A stretch of 63,840 nt of DNA, the filler included, from a bacterium (GTDB lineage Bacteria; JALSQH01): the NCBI GenBank assembly GCA_026985515.1. It is 7 parts of 7 records of this genome, joined end to end, with 100 filler letters (N's around TTAATTAATTAA, not from the genome) between each part and the next. Parts side by side here need not be neighbours in the genome. Positions count along the whole stretch, not along the records: positions 1 to 21,685 come from JALSQH010000001.1; positions 21,786 to 43,389 come from JALSQH010000002.1; 5 more parts are not named here. One strand, given 5' to 3'. The notes beneath the pieces were generated by a model. The model was not told the DNA's origin and made no database searches. It saw only the letters and a list, made by a program, of their open reading frames with translations. This document shows positions 20,092 to 30,470 of this stretch, piece by piece (position 1 is the first letter of the stretch; the number at the start of each line of letters is the position of its first letter). Both the position numbers and the translations under genes were made by a program.

Positions 20092-20931
20092 TTAAAACTT
20101 CCCCTTCAGCTCCTGATTTATGCTTCCGTCAGAGTTGCGGAAGATTATGTGATACTCACCATGCCCCATATTCCACTTCAAATAGCCATCCAGGAGGAGT
20201 GAACCTTCATATATGCTCCTTTGAACACATTCGCCCCACGTCGGGTTGCTCTGGTCGTCTTCAGACAGGGTGACCTCTCCCCCCATCTTTCCATTCTGGT
20301 AAAGTTCGACTTTTCCAGTATCGCTGGTGCTGTCGGATGAATAGGTTAAAATTGCAGCCAGCTCTTCAAAGTAACCACCATATCTCATTACTTCACCTTT
20401 CTCTCCATTATTCTGAAAATTTGCCCTTGCTGTTATGTAGGGAGAGCCATTCTGATATGCCACCACCTCTGCATAGCTTCTGTCATTTTTTATTTTCAGG
20501 AGTGTTCTCTCTGAACCAACTCCGCTGACAATATCGAAGGAAAAATTAAGATAAGTGTAATCGGTAGCTTTTGAAACAACCACACTGAAATCATCACCTC
20601 TCCATGTATTATTTCCTGTGGAGGTCAGATCATCAAAATCCTCATCAGCAACAAATAGTTTTTCAATAAACTCAGATTCATTTTTAACAACACCTATACA
20701 ATCTGCAAGAAAATTTGAAATTGTGTCTGAATCATCTGTGGAACTCAGGTCCAGAACAGGTGCATTAAAATCAACTTCAGGTTTTGGGTATGAGAGGGGA
20801 GTTACGGGATTGTTTTGATGCTGATTGCTGTTACCTGTTCCTCCTCCATTGGTGGAAGTGGATGGGGAACTGCTCCGGCAGGATGCATATAAAAAAATAA
20901 TCATGAAAACAGCAACTAAATATTTCTTCAT
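20092..20931 (-). CDS. Hypothetical lipoprotein
   Basis: AGGAGG RBS before ATG 20931. Lipobox YASC, Ser/Gly/Asn linker, beta-rich body. Confidence 0.75.
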   Translation of the reverse strand: MKKYLVAVFMIIFLYASCRSSSPSTSTNGGGTGNSNQHQNNPVTPLSYPKPEVDFNAPVLDLSSTDDSDTISNFLADCIGVVKNESEFIEKLFVADEDFDDLTSTGNNTWRGDDFSVVVSKATDYTYLNFSFDIVSGVGSERTLLKIKNDRSYAEVVAYQNGSPYITARANFQNNGEKGEVMRYGGYFEELAAILTYSSDSTSDTGKVELYQNGKMGGEVTLSEDDQSNPTWGECVQRSIYEGSLLLDGYLKWNMGHGEYHIIFRNSDGSINQELKGKF

Positions 20932-21020
20932 GACAAACCTCCTCCTTGAATTCATGATGCCTTAATTATACATCAGAAGTGCAGCTTATAGCAAATTGAA
21001 TTCATGCTCTTATAAAAAAG

Positions 21021-21536
21021 CTATTTCCCACCTTCTTCCAGGCCAGTGACAATTGACTTTATCTTTTCTGCAATCTCCTCTACGGTCATTTCAGCTGTGT
21101 TTATAACTCTGCCTGTTTCTCTGTACATCTTTTCCCGTTTTTCATAAAGAGATTTTACGGCTTCCTTCCCTCTTCCAACCAGGGGCCTGTTTGAATCTTT
21201 GCTGATCCTTTTCCAGATTTCATCCCACGGTGCTTGGAGATGGAAGGTAACATGTTTCCTGAGAATCTCACAATTTTCGGGATCCTCAACCACTCCTCCG
21301 CCTGTGGCCACTACGGCATCTCTTGAATCCTCTGTTATCTCTCTGAGTGCCTCTTTTTCAAGTTTCCTGAAAAATTTTTCCCCATATCTGTCAAATATTT
21401 CCGGAATGCTCATACCCGCTTTTTCAACAATGTATTCGTCAAGATCAATAAATTCTTTTCCGAGTTTTTCAGCAAGAAGTTTCCCAACACTGCTTTTCCC
21501 ACTTCCCATGAATCCAATAAGAAAAATCTTTTTCAT
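21021..21536 (-). CDS. aroK: Shikimate kinase
   Basis: GFMGSGKS P-loop, DLD, ATGGG, RPL motifs. Confidence 0.96.
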   Translation of the reverse strand: MKKIFLIGFMGSGKSSVGKLLAEKLGKEFIDLDEYIVEKAGMSIPEIFDRYGEKFFRKLEKEALREITEDSRDAVVATGGGVVEDPENCEILRKHVTFHLQAPWDEIWKRISKDSNRPLVGRGKEAVKSLYEKREKMYRETGRVINTAEMTVEEIAEKIKSIVTGLEEGGK

Positions 21537-21685
21537 AGCTTGATTACACTTCCCACATGAAGAGGGAGGTAAATTTCAGGGTAATTTTTCTTCAGAAAAC
21601 TCCTCGTATATTCACCACTGCAGTGGATGGGGGAAATCTTTTTCGCACCCAGCCCGATGAGGCTGAGCATTTCTCTCTCCACCCT
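21533..21685 (-). CDS. C-terminal fragment of MBL-fold metallo-hydrolase (cut by gap)
   Basis: Own translation RVEREMLSLIGLGAKKISPIHCSGEYTR...HVGSVIKL*. PxHC(S/T)G motif. Stop overlaps aroK start (ATGA). Confidence 0.6.
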   Translation of the reverse strand, partial: RVEREMLSLIGLGAKKISPIHCSGEYTRSFLKKNYPEIYLPLHVGSVIKL

Positions 21686-21785
21686 NNNNNNNNNNNNNNN
21701 NNNNNNNNNNNNNNNNNNNNNNNNNNNNNTTAATTAATTAANNNNNNNNNNNNNNNNNNNNNNNNNNNNNNNNNNNNNNNNNNNN
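21686..21785. other. Artificial assembly spacer (first of six; also 43390-43489, 46046-46145, 49430-49529, 55326-55425, 61206-61305)
   Basis: Identical 100-bp N-run/TTAATTAATTAA/N-run with stops in all six frames. Confidence 0.99.
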
Positions 21786-23637
21786 CACAAGGCGAGGGGC
21801 AAATATGGGAATACTTCGTGTTGATCACCCCGACATTCTTGATTTCATTGATGTAAAACTTGACCTGACAAAACTTACAAATTTTAACATATCCGTCGCT
21901 GTAACGGATAAATTCATGGAAGCGGCTAAAAAGGGTGAAGATTATGAACTGATCAATCCAAGAAATGGAGAGGTTGTTGGAAAACTCAATGCGAGAGAAG
22001 TATTCAGAAGAATCGTTCATAATGCATGGCTCTCTGCAGAACCCGGAATAATCTTCCTTGACAGGATAAATGAGGCAAATCCAACTCCCCATCTTGGTGA
22101 AATTGAAAGCACAAATCCCTGCGGAGAGCAACCACTCCTTCCCTATGAATCATGTAATCTCGGCTCAATAAATCTCTCCAGAATGGTTGAAAATGGAAAA
22201 ATAAATTTTGCAAAATTGAGATACATTGTGAGAGAAGCGATTCATTTCCTCGATAATGTTATTAACATGAACAAATTCCCCATTCCACAGATTGAAGAAA
22301 TGACAAAGAAAAACAGAAAGGTTGGACTTGGTGTTATGGGATGGGCCGAAATGCTTATTAAACTTGGAATACCTTACGATTCTGAAGAGGCTCTGGAACT
22401 TGCGGAAAAGGTGATGGGATTCATACTGGATGTTGCACGTCAGAAATCCATAGAACTTGCCAAAGAGAGAGGTCCTTTCCCTGCATTTGAAGGAAGTGTG
22501 TATGATCAAAAGGGGCACCCGCCTGTAAGAAATGCCACAGTGACCACAATTGCACCAACGGGAACCATAAGTATCATAGCTGGCACCAGTAGCGGAATAG
22601 AACCCCTCTTTGCCATAAGCTTTGCAAGGAATGTTCTTGAAGGGACAAGACTTATTGAAGTAAACCCTCTTTTCAAAGAGATAGCACAAAGAGAGGGATG
22701 GTATTCCGATAAGCTGATGGAAAAAATCTCAGAGACAGGGAGTGTTCAGGGACTGGAAGAAGTTCCTGCAAAGTGGAGGAGAATTTTTGTAACTGCCCAT
22801 GATATAGATCCAGAATGGCATGTTAAAATGCAGGCTGCTTTCCAGAAATATGTTGATAATGCTGTGAGTAAGACTGTTAACTTCAGAAACGATGCAACTG
22901 TTGAAGATGTGGAGAGAACATACTGGCTTGCGTATGAACTTGGCTTAAAAGGCATAACAGTTTACCGGGATGGAAGCAGACAGGGACAGGTTATCACAGT
23001 TACCAAAAAAGCAGAAGAGAAAAAGAAGATACAGGAAGCTGAGCAAGCTCCAAAAATAGGAGAATTAAAACCACGCTCAAGGCCAAGGGTTATTTATGGT
23101 TCAACCCAGAGAATAAAGACTGGTTGCGGAAATTTATATGTTACCATTAATGAAGATGATTATGGAATTTTTGAGGTCTTTGCAACAATGGGAAAAGCTG
23201 GTGGATGTGCCGCAAGTCAGTTAGAGGGACTGAGCAGGATGATCTCCCTTGCTCTCAGGGTTGGGGTGGATCCTAATTACATCATAAAGCAGATCAGCGG
23301 AATAAGATGTCCCGCTCCTGCATGGGATGAGGGGGAAATGGTCCTTTCATGTGCTGATGCAGTGGCAAAGGCACTTTACAAGTATGTTCACAATGAAGCT
23401 GGTGCAAGACCAATCATAAAAGAACAGAAAGATAAAGAGGAAATTGAAGCCATTGAGAAAAAAGTTGCAAAGGCAACCCCCGACGAGATCCAGCAGGTCA
23501 CAGAATCAATAGCCAACAGAGGTAAACCTGCAGATAGTTTCTTTATTGCAGTATGCCCCGAATGCGGATCAACGGCACTGGAATTTGAAGGGGGATGCGT
23601 AACCTGCAGAAACTGCGGATGGAGCAAGTGTGAGTAG
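21786..23637 (+). CDS. nrdJ: Class II adenosylcobalamin-dependent ribonucleotide reductase with TSCPD and Zn-ribbon tail (5'-truncated)
   Basis: [34 protein letters not shown]-terminal CPECG...CRNCGWSKC. Confidence 0.95.
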
Positions 23638-23645
23638 AAGGGCCT

Positions 23646-25202
23646 TTACCTTCTTCCCCTTGCTCTATCAAAAATGGAGCGGCCTCGCTTTTTGAAAGCC
23701 TTTATTATTGGGTCCGCGTAATATGAAGGAACAGAAAAAAATGAAAACCTGTCGAAGATTCTGATATTCTTTATTTCATCCGGACCAATTTTTACCTTTT
23801 TCTGTATCATCTCAACAAGTTCCTGGGAATTAATCCCGCTTTCCCTCCCGATCGCAGCAAACATTCTGACCTCTTTACCTTTCTCAATGATCACTTTTTT
23901 CAATGGAGCATAATCTTTGTCCGATCCTCCCAGAAGTTTTTCCAGTAATACAGCTACGATCTTTTCCTGATCATAGATCATAAGCAGTTCAGTTGCCCAA
24001 TCAAGATACTTTGATCCTTCAAAATTTTCCAGCTCCTGCTGTAGCTCTTTCTCAAACTTTTCCTTTTTAACTTTCTGAATTTCTTCAACTGTTGGGGCAT
24101 CCAGCTCCACAATATCTGACTTTACCACTCTTCTGATAAAGTTGAAATGAGCCTCTTCTTCGGGAGACACAAGAGTTATAGAAACACCTCCTTTTCCAGC
24201 TCTCCCGGTTCTTCCAATCCTGTGAATATATACCTCAGGATTATAAGGAACATTGTAGTTAACAACATGAGTTATATCGGGTATATCAATTCCCCTGGCT
24301 GCAACATCAGTTGCTATCAAAATATTCACCTTTTTCTGGCGAAACTTGTACATTACTCTTTCTCTCTGATACTGTGAAAAATCTCCATGAATCGCCTCTG
24401 AAGAATATCCCATATCTGTCAGAACCCTGTTCAGACCATCCACTTCCACCTTTGTGTTACAGAAAATGAGAGCATAAAACTCTTCTTCCTTTTCAATGAT
24501 TCTTCTTAACAGCTCAGGTTTTTCGCTGGAATAAACCCTGTAAAAATACTGTGCAGTCAGATCTGATGGAGAATTTCCATCTGAAATATTTATAAATTTG
24601 TACTTCCCCATATAACGCCTGGCAAGCCCCAAAATCCTTGGGGGCATCGTGGCTGAAAAGAGTAAAACCCTTTTATTCTCTGAAGTTGACTTCAATATTT
24701 CCTCCACATCATCAATAAAACCCATATTGAGCATTTCATCCGCCTCGTCAAGGACTAACCACGAAATCCGGGAAAAGTCAAGTTTACCTCTGTTTAACAG
24801 GTCAATAATTCTGCCGGGTGTTCCCACAACAATATCGGCTCCCTTTTTTATCTCACCTATCTGTCTGCCAATTGACTGTCCACCATACACTGCAATAACC
24901 CTGAATTTTCTTTTACCTGTAAGACTTTTTATTTCACCTGCTACCTGAAGTGCAAGTTCTCTTGTAGGAGTCAGAATTAAAGCATGAATGACTCCTGAGC
25001 CAGGTGTGATTTTTTCAAGCAGTGGTATACCAAATGCTGCAGTCTTTCCTGTACCAGTTTTTGCCTGTCCAACCAGATCATAATCAGTATTCATTAAAAC
25101 TGGAATAGCTTTCTCCTGTATGGGTGTGGGATTTTTAAAACCTTTCTCTTTAATCGCTTCAACCATTTCGCGGGATAACTCCATCTCTTCAAAACTTTTC
25201 AC
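23646..25202 (-). CDS. DEAD-box RNA helicase with DbpA-type RNA-binding domain
   Basis: AKTGTGKT, PTRELA, DEAD, SAT, HRIGRTGRAG. Confidence 0.95.
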   Translation of the reverse strand: MKSFEEMELSREMVEAIKEKGFKNPTPIQEKAIPVLMNTDYDLVGQAKTGTGKTAAFGIPLLEKITPGSGVIHALILTPTRELALQVAGEIKSLTGKRKFRVIAVYGGQSIGRQIGEIKKGADIVVGTPGRIIDLLNRGKLDFSRISWLVLDEADEMLNMGFIDDVEEILKSTSENKRVLLFSATMPPRILGLARRYMGKYKFINISDGNSPSDLTAQYFYRVYSSEKPELLRRIIEKEEEFYALIFCNTKVEVDGLNRVLTDMGYSSEAIHGDFSQYQRERVMYKFRQKKVNILIATDVAARGIDIPDITHVVNYNVPYNPEVYIHRIGRTGRAGKGGVSITLVSPEEEAHFNFIRRVVKSDIVELDAPTVEEIQKVKKEKFEKELQQELENFEGSKYLDWATELLMIYDQEKIVAVLLEKLLGGSDKDYAPLKKVIIEKGKEVRMFAAIGRESGINSQELVEMIQKKVKIGPDEIKNIRIFDRFSFFSVPSYYADPIIKAFKKRGRSIFDRARGRR

Positions 25203-25324
25203 AAAACTACCTCACTTTCAATTTTTTTGATTTTTTCAGGATAACACACGGAGCAAAAAAACACAAAATTGTTTCATTACAAAAAATCCAATTGAATCAA
25301 ATTACAATTAGTTTTAGCCATTTC

Positions 25325-25353
25325 TTGCCACAATTTTTTCTATCCAATAAAAT
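25325..25353 (+). promoter_or_regulatory. Putative sigma70 promoter of yggS-proC-argH-lysA-dapF-dapA operon
   Basis: TTGCCA-17bp-TAAAAT. Confidence 0.55.
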
Positions 25354-25382
25354 TATTAGCAAGACAGATAAAGAGGATTACC

Positions 25383-26075
25383 ATGAACGAGATAAAGGAA
25401 AATCTGAAAATAATAAAGGAAAAAATTGCATTCCACGCCCAGAAAGCTGGCAGAAACCCTGATGAAATACTCCTGGTAGGAGTATCAAAAAAACATCCCG
25501 CCACAAAAATAAGAGAAGCTTACAAAGCAGGTCTCAAAGATATTGGAGAAAACTATGTTCAGGAAGCCCTTGCAAAGATGAAGGAATTGAAAGATCTGGA
25601 TATCAATTGGCATTTTATTGGGAGACTGCAGAGAAATAAAGCAAAGTATGTGGTTGGAAAATTTATTTTGATCCATGGAGTTGATTCGGAAAAAGTTCTG
25701 TTAACTCTGAATAATCAGTGCGAAAAAAGGTGCGGAGGCAATAAACAGGCAATTCTCCTGGAGATAAATATTGGTGGAGAAGAAACCAAAGGGGGCATCT
25801 CCCCCTCTGAGGCAGAAATTCTCACAAAGATTGCAATGGAACTACCATACATCCAGATGCAGGGTTTTATGACAATCCCTCCTCCCCTTGAGCCTGAAAA
25901 AGTGAGACCATATTTCAGAAAGATGAGAGAGCTAAAAGAAGAAATTGAGGCGAAACTTGGGGTCCAATTACCCCATCTCTCCATGGGAATGAGCGCTGAC
26001 TTTGGTGTCGCCATTGAAGAAGGGGCAACAATTGTAAGAATAGGCACTGCAATTTTTGGTCCCAGACCACAATAA
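25383..26075 (+). CDS. yggS: PLP homeostasis protein (YggS/PROSC)
   Basis: VSKK, GENYVQE, WHFIGRLQRNK, LSMGMS, VRIGTAIFG. Confidence 0.96.
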   Translation: MNEIKENLKIIKEKIAFHAQKAGRNPDEILLVGVSKKHPATKIREAYKAGLKDIGENYVQEALAKMKELKDLDINWHFIGRLQRNKAKYVVGKFILIHGVDSEKVLLTLNNQCEKRCGGNKQAILLEINIGGEETKGGISPSEAEILTKIAMELPYIQMQGFMTIPPPLEPEKVRPYFRKMRELKEEIEAKLGVQLPHLSMGMSADFGVAIEEGATIVRIGTAIFGPRPQ

Positions 26076-26086
26076 GGAGGCTTAAA

Positions 26087-26875
26087 ATGAAAATAGGTTT
26101 CATTGGCTTTGGCAACATGGCAACTGCCATTGCAGGGGGGCTGGACAGAGATTTTTTTAAAGAACTGTACGCCCATGATCCGGCTGATGTGAAAGGTAAA
26201 GCACAATCCCTGAAAGTAACTCTTCTTCAAACCAATGCTGATGTAATTGAAAAATCTGATGCAATTATTTTTGCCGTTAAGCCTCAGGTAATCGACAGAG
26301 TTCTTGAAGAGGTAAAAGATGTTGATTTTAAAAATAAAATCGCTATTTCCATAGCCGCCGGTGTGCCTGTTAAAAAGTTTTCTATTCTGAGGAATGCAAA
26401 GATAGTGAGAACAATGCCCAATACACCCGCTCTGGTGAGGAAAGGTGTCACCGTCATTCTTGAGAACCCATCTCTGACAGAGGATGATAAAAATGTAATA
26501 GAAAAAATCTTTTCCTCCATAGGCGAATTCCACTGGATTAAAGAAGAAAAGCTGATGGACAGTGTCACTGCCCTGAGTGGAAGTGGTCCCGCCTACTTCT
26601 TCACATTCGTTGAAGCCCTGATGATGGCTGGAATCAGAACCGGTCTCCCCGCAGATCTGGCACTGAAACTCGCTGTTTCTACCGGTGAAGGCAGTATGGC
26701 ACTTCTAAGGAATACTCCTGAACCTGCAAAATTAAGAAATATGGTTTCATCACCAGCTGGCACCACAATAGCTGCTCTTGAAGTTCTTGAGAGAAGCGGG
26801 TTCAGGGGAATAGTTATGGAAGCTGTAAGAGCCGCATATGAAAGAAGTATCGAACTGGGAGCAAAAGATGAGTGA
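26087..26875 (+). CDS. proC: Pyrroline-5-carboxylate reductase
   Basis: GFGNMA, AVKPQ, RTMPNTP, ALSGSGPAY, SPAGTT. Confidence 0.96.
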   Translation: MKIGFIGFGNMATAIAGGLDRDFFKELYAHDPADVKGKAQSLKVTLLQTNADVIEKSDAIIFAVKPQVIDRVLEEVKDVDFKNKIAISIAAGVPVKKFSILRNAKIVRTMPNTPALVRKGVTVILENPSLTEDDKNVIEKIFSSIGEFHWIKEEKLMDSVTALSGSGPAYFFTFVEALMMAGIRTGLPADLALKLAVSTGEGSMALLRNTPEPAKLRNMVSSPAGTTIAALEVLERSGFRGIVMEAVRAAYERSIELGAKDE

Positions 26876-28295
26876 AAAAAAATCTGAAAAACTCTGGGGA
26901 GGGAGATACTCCCACGAAATAGATTCCTTCGTGGACGAAATGAATGCATCAATCCCTTTCGACTGGATACTCTATCCTTACGATATTCAGGGTTCTATTG
27001 CACATGTTAAAATGCTTGCAAGACAGGGAATAATTAAGGTTGATGAAGCGGACAGAATCATCCAATCACTTTTAGAAATAAAAAATGAAATAGATGAAGA
27101 TCACACTCACTTCCCCATGGAAGATGAAGATATACACATGCACATAGAAAAAAGATTAATAGAAAAAATTGGAGATGTCGGGAAAAAACTACACACTGCA
27201 AGAAGCAGAAATGATCAGGTTGCACTCGATACACGCTTATTCGTACGGGAAAAATGCCTTGAAACCGGTAAGTTAATCGTCGAACTGCAAAAAAGCTTTC
27301 TTGATAAAAGCGAGGAATATCTGGATGTGATAATTCCCGGATACACTCATCTTCAGAGAGCCCAGCCCGTTCTCTTTTCACATTATCTTCTGGCCTATTA
27401 CGAAATGCTGACACGGGATTTCCAGAGATTTGTAATGACCTACAGAAGTGCAGACAGTATGCCACTTGGATCCGCAGCCCTGGCAGGTTCAACATTTCCT
27501 GTTGACAGGGATTTTGTTAAGAACTTCCTGAATTTTCACTGGTTATCCAGAAACAGTCTGGATGCAGTTTCCGACAGGGATTTCATACTGGATTTCCTCT
27601 ATTCTTCTGCAGTGACAATAATGCATCTTTCAAGACTTGCAGAGGAACTTATAATCTGGAGCACAGCCGAATTTTCTCTTATTCAGATTGATGAAAGATA
27701 CACCACTGGAAGCAGCATAATGCCACAGAAAAGAAACCCTGATCTTGCTGAACTTGTAAGGGGAAAAACAGGGAGAATTTATGGAAATCTTCTGACACTT
27801 TTCACTGTCTTAAAAGGTCTGCCACTTGCATATAACAAAGATCTTCAGGAGGATAAGGAGCCCCTTTTTGACACTGTAAAACAACTCTCACTCTCGCTCA
27901 GAGCAATGAGTAAAATGATTGCAACAATTAAAGTTGATAAAGAAAGAGCTAAAGAGATGCTAAAAGGAGGGTTCATTACCGCCACTGATCTTGCAGAATA
28001 TTTAGTGAAAAAAGGCGTACCATTCAGAGACGCACACAGGATAACAGGAGAGATCGTGGCATACGCAGAAAAAAAGGGGAAAGAACTGTATGAACTTGAA
28101 CTGGAAGAATTAAAAAGATTCTCCTCCCTTATAGAGAACGATGTCTTTGAAGCAATTATGCCTGAAACTTCTGTGAAACAGAGAAAAGTTACTGGAGGAA
28201 CTTCACCAGATTATGTCAGGGAATTACTGAAAAAAGCGAAACAGGAAGTGGAATGGAGGGCAGAATTCATCAAAAAACACTTTCAACCCTATTGA
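26868..28295 (+). CDS. argH: Argininosuccinate lyase
   Basis: LWGGR, RSRNDQ, GYTHLQRAQP, GSSIMPQKRNPD. Confidence 0.97.
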   Translation: MSEKKSEKLWGGRYSHEIDSFVDEMNASIPFDWILYPYDIQGSIAHVKMLARQGIIKVDEADRIIQSLLEIKNEIDEDHTHFPMEDEDIHMHIEKRLIEKIGDVGKKLHTARSRNDQVALDTRLFVREKCLETGKLIVELQKSFLDKSEEYLDVIIPGYTHLQRAQPVLFSHYLLAYYEMLTRDFQRFVMTYRSADSMPLGSAALAGSTFPVDRDFVKNFLNFHWLSRNSLDAVSDRDFILDFLYSSAVTIMHLSRLAEELIIWSTAEFSLIQIDERYTTGSSIMPQKRNPDLAELVRGKTGRIYGNLLTLFTVLKGLPLAYNKDLQEDKEPLFDTVKQLSLSLRAMSKMIATIKVDKERAKEMLKGGFITATDLAEYLVKKGVPFRDAHRITGEIVAYAEKKGKELYELELEELKRFSSLIENDVFEAIMPETSVKQRKVTGGTSPDYVRELLKKAKQEVEWRAEFIKKHFQPY

Positions 28296-29236
28296 TAGTT
28301 CTTATTCTGATTGTTTCCTGTGGGAAAAGAGGTACCCTTATTCCAAGAAATGAACTTGTTCCTTACAGACCCAGAATAAAAAAAATCTTTGTGGACGACG
28401 GTAGAATAACCATTTTTTTCAGGGTACCACCAAGAAAGATCCAGCATGAAAAGATCAGAGTCAGAAGCATTGAATTTGAATGTACGAAATGGAAAAAAGT
28501 ATTTCCTGTAAACATTCTACAGCGTTTCAAAAATCTTTACGCCCTCACAGTAACCGGCAATTTTGAATATTTCAGGCTGAGACCATGGTCAGAATATGGA
28601 GCTGGCAAATTTACCAGGTGGTTTTACATACCTGAAAATCCACTGAAAAAGAAGCCGATTATAAGTTCCATCAAACTTATTGAAAATGGAGTTCAGTTCT
28701 CATGGCATACCAGCGAGAAAGTTGAGGGAATTATCATCTACATTGGAAGGGAAAAGGGACCACTGAACCTTTTTAACATACAGCCGATTAAAGATAAAAG
28801 ACCTGCAATTACCTCCCTTCCACTTCACAGATTCTTCCACATAGTTATTCAGGGAGCAATAACCTGCGAAAAAAACTTTCTCTGCCTCTCCCCTCTATCA
28901 GAGGAGGCAACCATCTATACAAAGGATATCATTCCACCACCCTCACCATCAGATTTAAATCTGATATCAAAAAATGGCAAAATCTATCTTTTCTGGACAC
29001 AGGTAAATGCAGGAGATTTGAAGGAATACAGAATTTACAGAAAGAGCAATCTGCATGCGAAGTGGAAAATTATTGGAAAGACCAGAAATAACCGATTTGT
29101 TGACAGCGGTTGTGGGAAAGAGAAAAAATGTTATTATACTATAACTGCAATTGATACAGATGGAAATGAAAGCGGATTTTCAAATATTGCCGTAACTGGA
29201 GGTGAAAATGAACCATTTCACTTACAGGGGAAATGA
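28253..29236 (+). CDS. Lipoprotein with LptM/YifL-like N-terminus and fibronectin type III domains
   Basis: Lipobox IVSC followed by GKRGTLIP. FN3 motifs (PPPSPSDL...YRIYR...YYTITAIDTDGNES). Confidence 0.7.
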   Translation: MEGRIHQKTLSTLLIVLILIVSCGKRGTLIPRNELVPYRPRIKKIFVDDGRITIFFRVPPRKIQHEKIRVRSIEFECTKWKKVFPVNILQRFKNLYALTVTGNFEYFRLRPWSEYGAGKFTRWFYIPENPLKKKPIISSIKLIENGVQFSWHTSEKVEGIIIYIGREKGPLNLFNIQPIKDKRPAITSLPLHRFFHIVIQGAITCEKNFLCLSPLSEEATIYTKDIIPPPSPSDLNLISKNGKIYLFWTQVNAGDLKEYRIYRKSNLHAKWKIIGKTRNNRFVDSGCGKEKKCYYTITAIDTDGNESGFSNIAVTGGENEPFHLQGK

Positions 29237-30467
29237 GCTCTTCGCAGAAGAGGTCCCGGTCAGGGAGATCGCAGGGGAAGTGGGAACTCCCCTCTACATT
29301 TACAGCCATGCAACACTAACCAGACATTACAATGTATTTGATGGAGCCCTTTCAGATATTGATCACCTTGTTTGTTACTCAGTTAAAGCCAATTCAAACA
29401 TAGCGGTTCTCAGAACCCTTGCAAAACTTGGAAGTGGTTTTGACATTGTGTCAGGTGGAGAACTGTACAGGGTACTTCTTGCAGGTGGAGATCCACATAA
29501 AGTTGTTTTTTCTGGTGTGGGTAAATCTGATGATGAAATAGAATTCGCACTGGAAAACGACATTTTGATGTTCAATGTCGAATCTGAGGAGGAACTGGAA
29601 GTAATTGATCAGATAGCGGGGAAATTGGGGAAAAAGGCACCAGTATCATTCAGAATAAACCCTGATGTTGACCCCAAAACTCATCCCTATATTTCAACCG
29701 GGCTAAGCAAAAACAAATTTGGCATCCCCTCAGATTATGCTCTGGAAATTTACGAAAAAGCTTTAAAACTCAAAAATATTGAGGTTGTTGGTATTGATGC
29801 ACATATCGGGTCCCAGCTAACGCAGGTTTCACCATTCATTGAAGCAATGGAAAAGTTGCTGAGACTCATTGAAAAGATTGAGAAACTTGGAGTCAGTATA
29901 AAATACTTTGACATAGGAGGCGGCCTGGGTATAAGATACAGGGACGAAAATCCTCCCCACCCGGAGGAATATGCCTCCGAAATAAAAAAACTTCTTGGTG
30001 ACAGAAAGATAAAGATGATCTTCGAACCGGGCAGGGTAATTGTTGGAAACGCCGGAATTTTTGTGACAAAGGTGCTCTATACCAAGAAAACTCCACTTAA
30101 AAACTTTATAATTGTGGATGGAGCTATGAATGATCTCATAAGACCAGCCCTCTATGGTGCACATCACGAAATATCACCTGTTGTTCTTGATCAGAAGAGA
30201 GGGAAAATAATAGCGGACATAGTTGGACCGATCTGTGAAAGTGACGATTTCTTTGCCAGGGAGAGGGAAATTGAGAAAGTGGGGAGAGGTGACTTTCTCG
30301 CAATTTTCAGTGCCGGAGCTTATGGCTTCTCAATGGCCTCCAACTACAATTCAAGGCCAAGGGTTGCTGAAGTGATGGTAAAAGGCAGTGAGTATGCCAT
30401 TATCAGGCAGAGAGAAACATATCCTGAACTGGTCTGGAATGAAAAAATACCATCATTTTTGAGGTGA
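29208..30467 (+). CDS. lysA: Diaminopimelate decarboxylase
   Basis: YSVKAN, HIGSQ, EPGR, GPICES, GAYG...SNYN. GGAGG RBS before ATG 29208. Confidence 0.97.
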   Translation: MNHFTYRGNELFAEEVPVREIAGEVGTPLYIYSHATLTRHYNVFDGALSDIDHLVCYSVKANSNIAVLRTLAKLGSGFDIVSGGELYRVLLAGGDPHKVVFSGVGKSDDEIEFALENDILMFNVESEEELEVIDQIAGKLGKKAPVSFRINPDVDPKTHPYISTGLSKNKFGIPSDYALEIYEKALKLKNIEVVGIDAHIGSQLTQVSPFIEAMEKLLRLIEKIEKLGVSIKYFDIGGGLGIRYRDENPPHPEEYASEIKKLLGDRKIKMIFEPGRVIVGNAGIFVTKVLYTKKTPLKNFIIVDGAMNDLIRPALYGAHHEISPVVLDQKRGKIIADIVGPICESDDFFAREREIEKVGRGDFLAIFSAGAYGFSMASNYNSRPRVAEVMVKGSEYAIIRQRETYPELVWNEKIPSFLR

Positions 30468-30470
30468 ATC

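Noticed and set aside
19702-20202. Plus-strand ORFs 19702-20202 and 19781-20023
   Set aside because: They are antisense to the GC-rich riboswitch and its first gene; the RNA structure explains the lack of stops.
21021-23637. Physical clustering of the B12 operon with B12-dependent nrdJ
   Set aside because: An assembly spacer with unrelated truncated genes on each side lies between them; adjacency is not demonstrated.
21786-23637. Intein or intron in nrdJ
   Set aside because: Motif spacing is continuous and no intein or homing-endonuclease motifs appear in the visible part.
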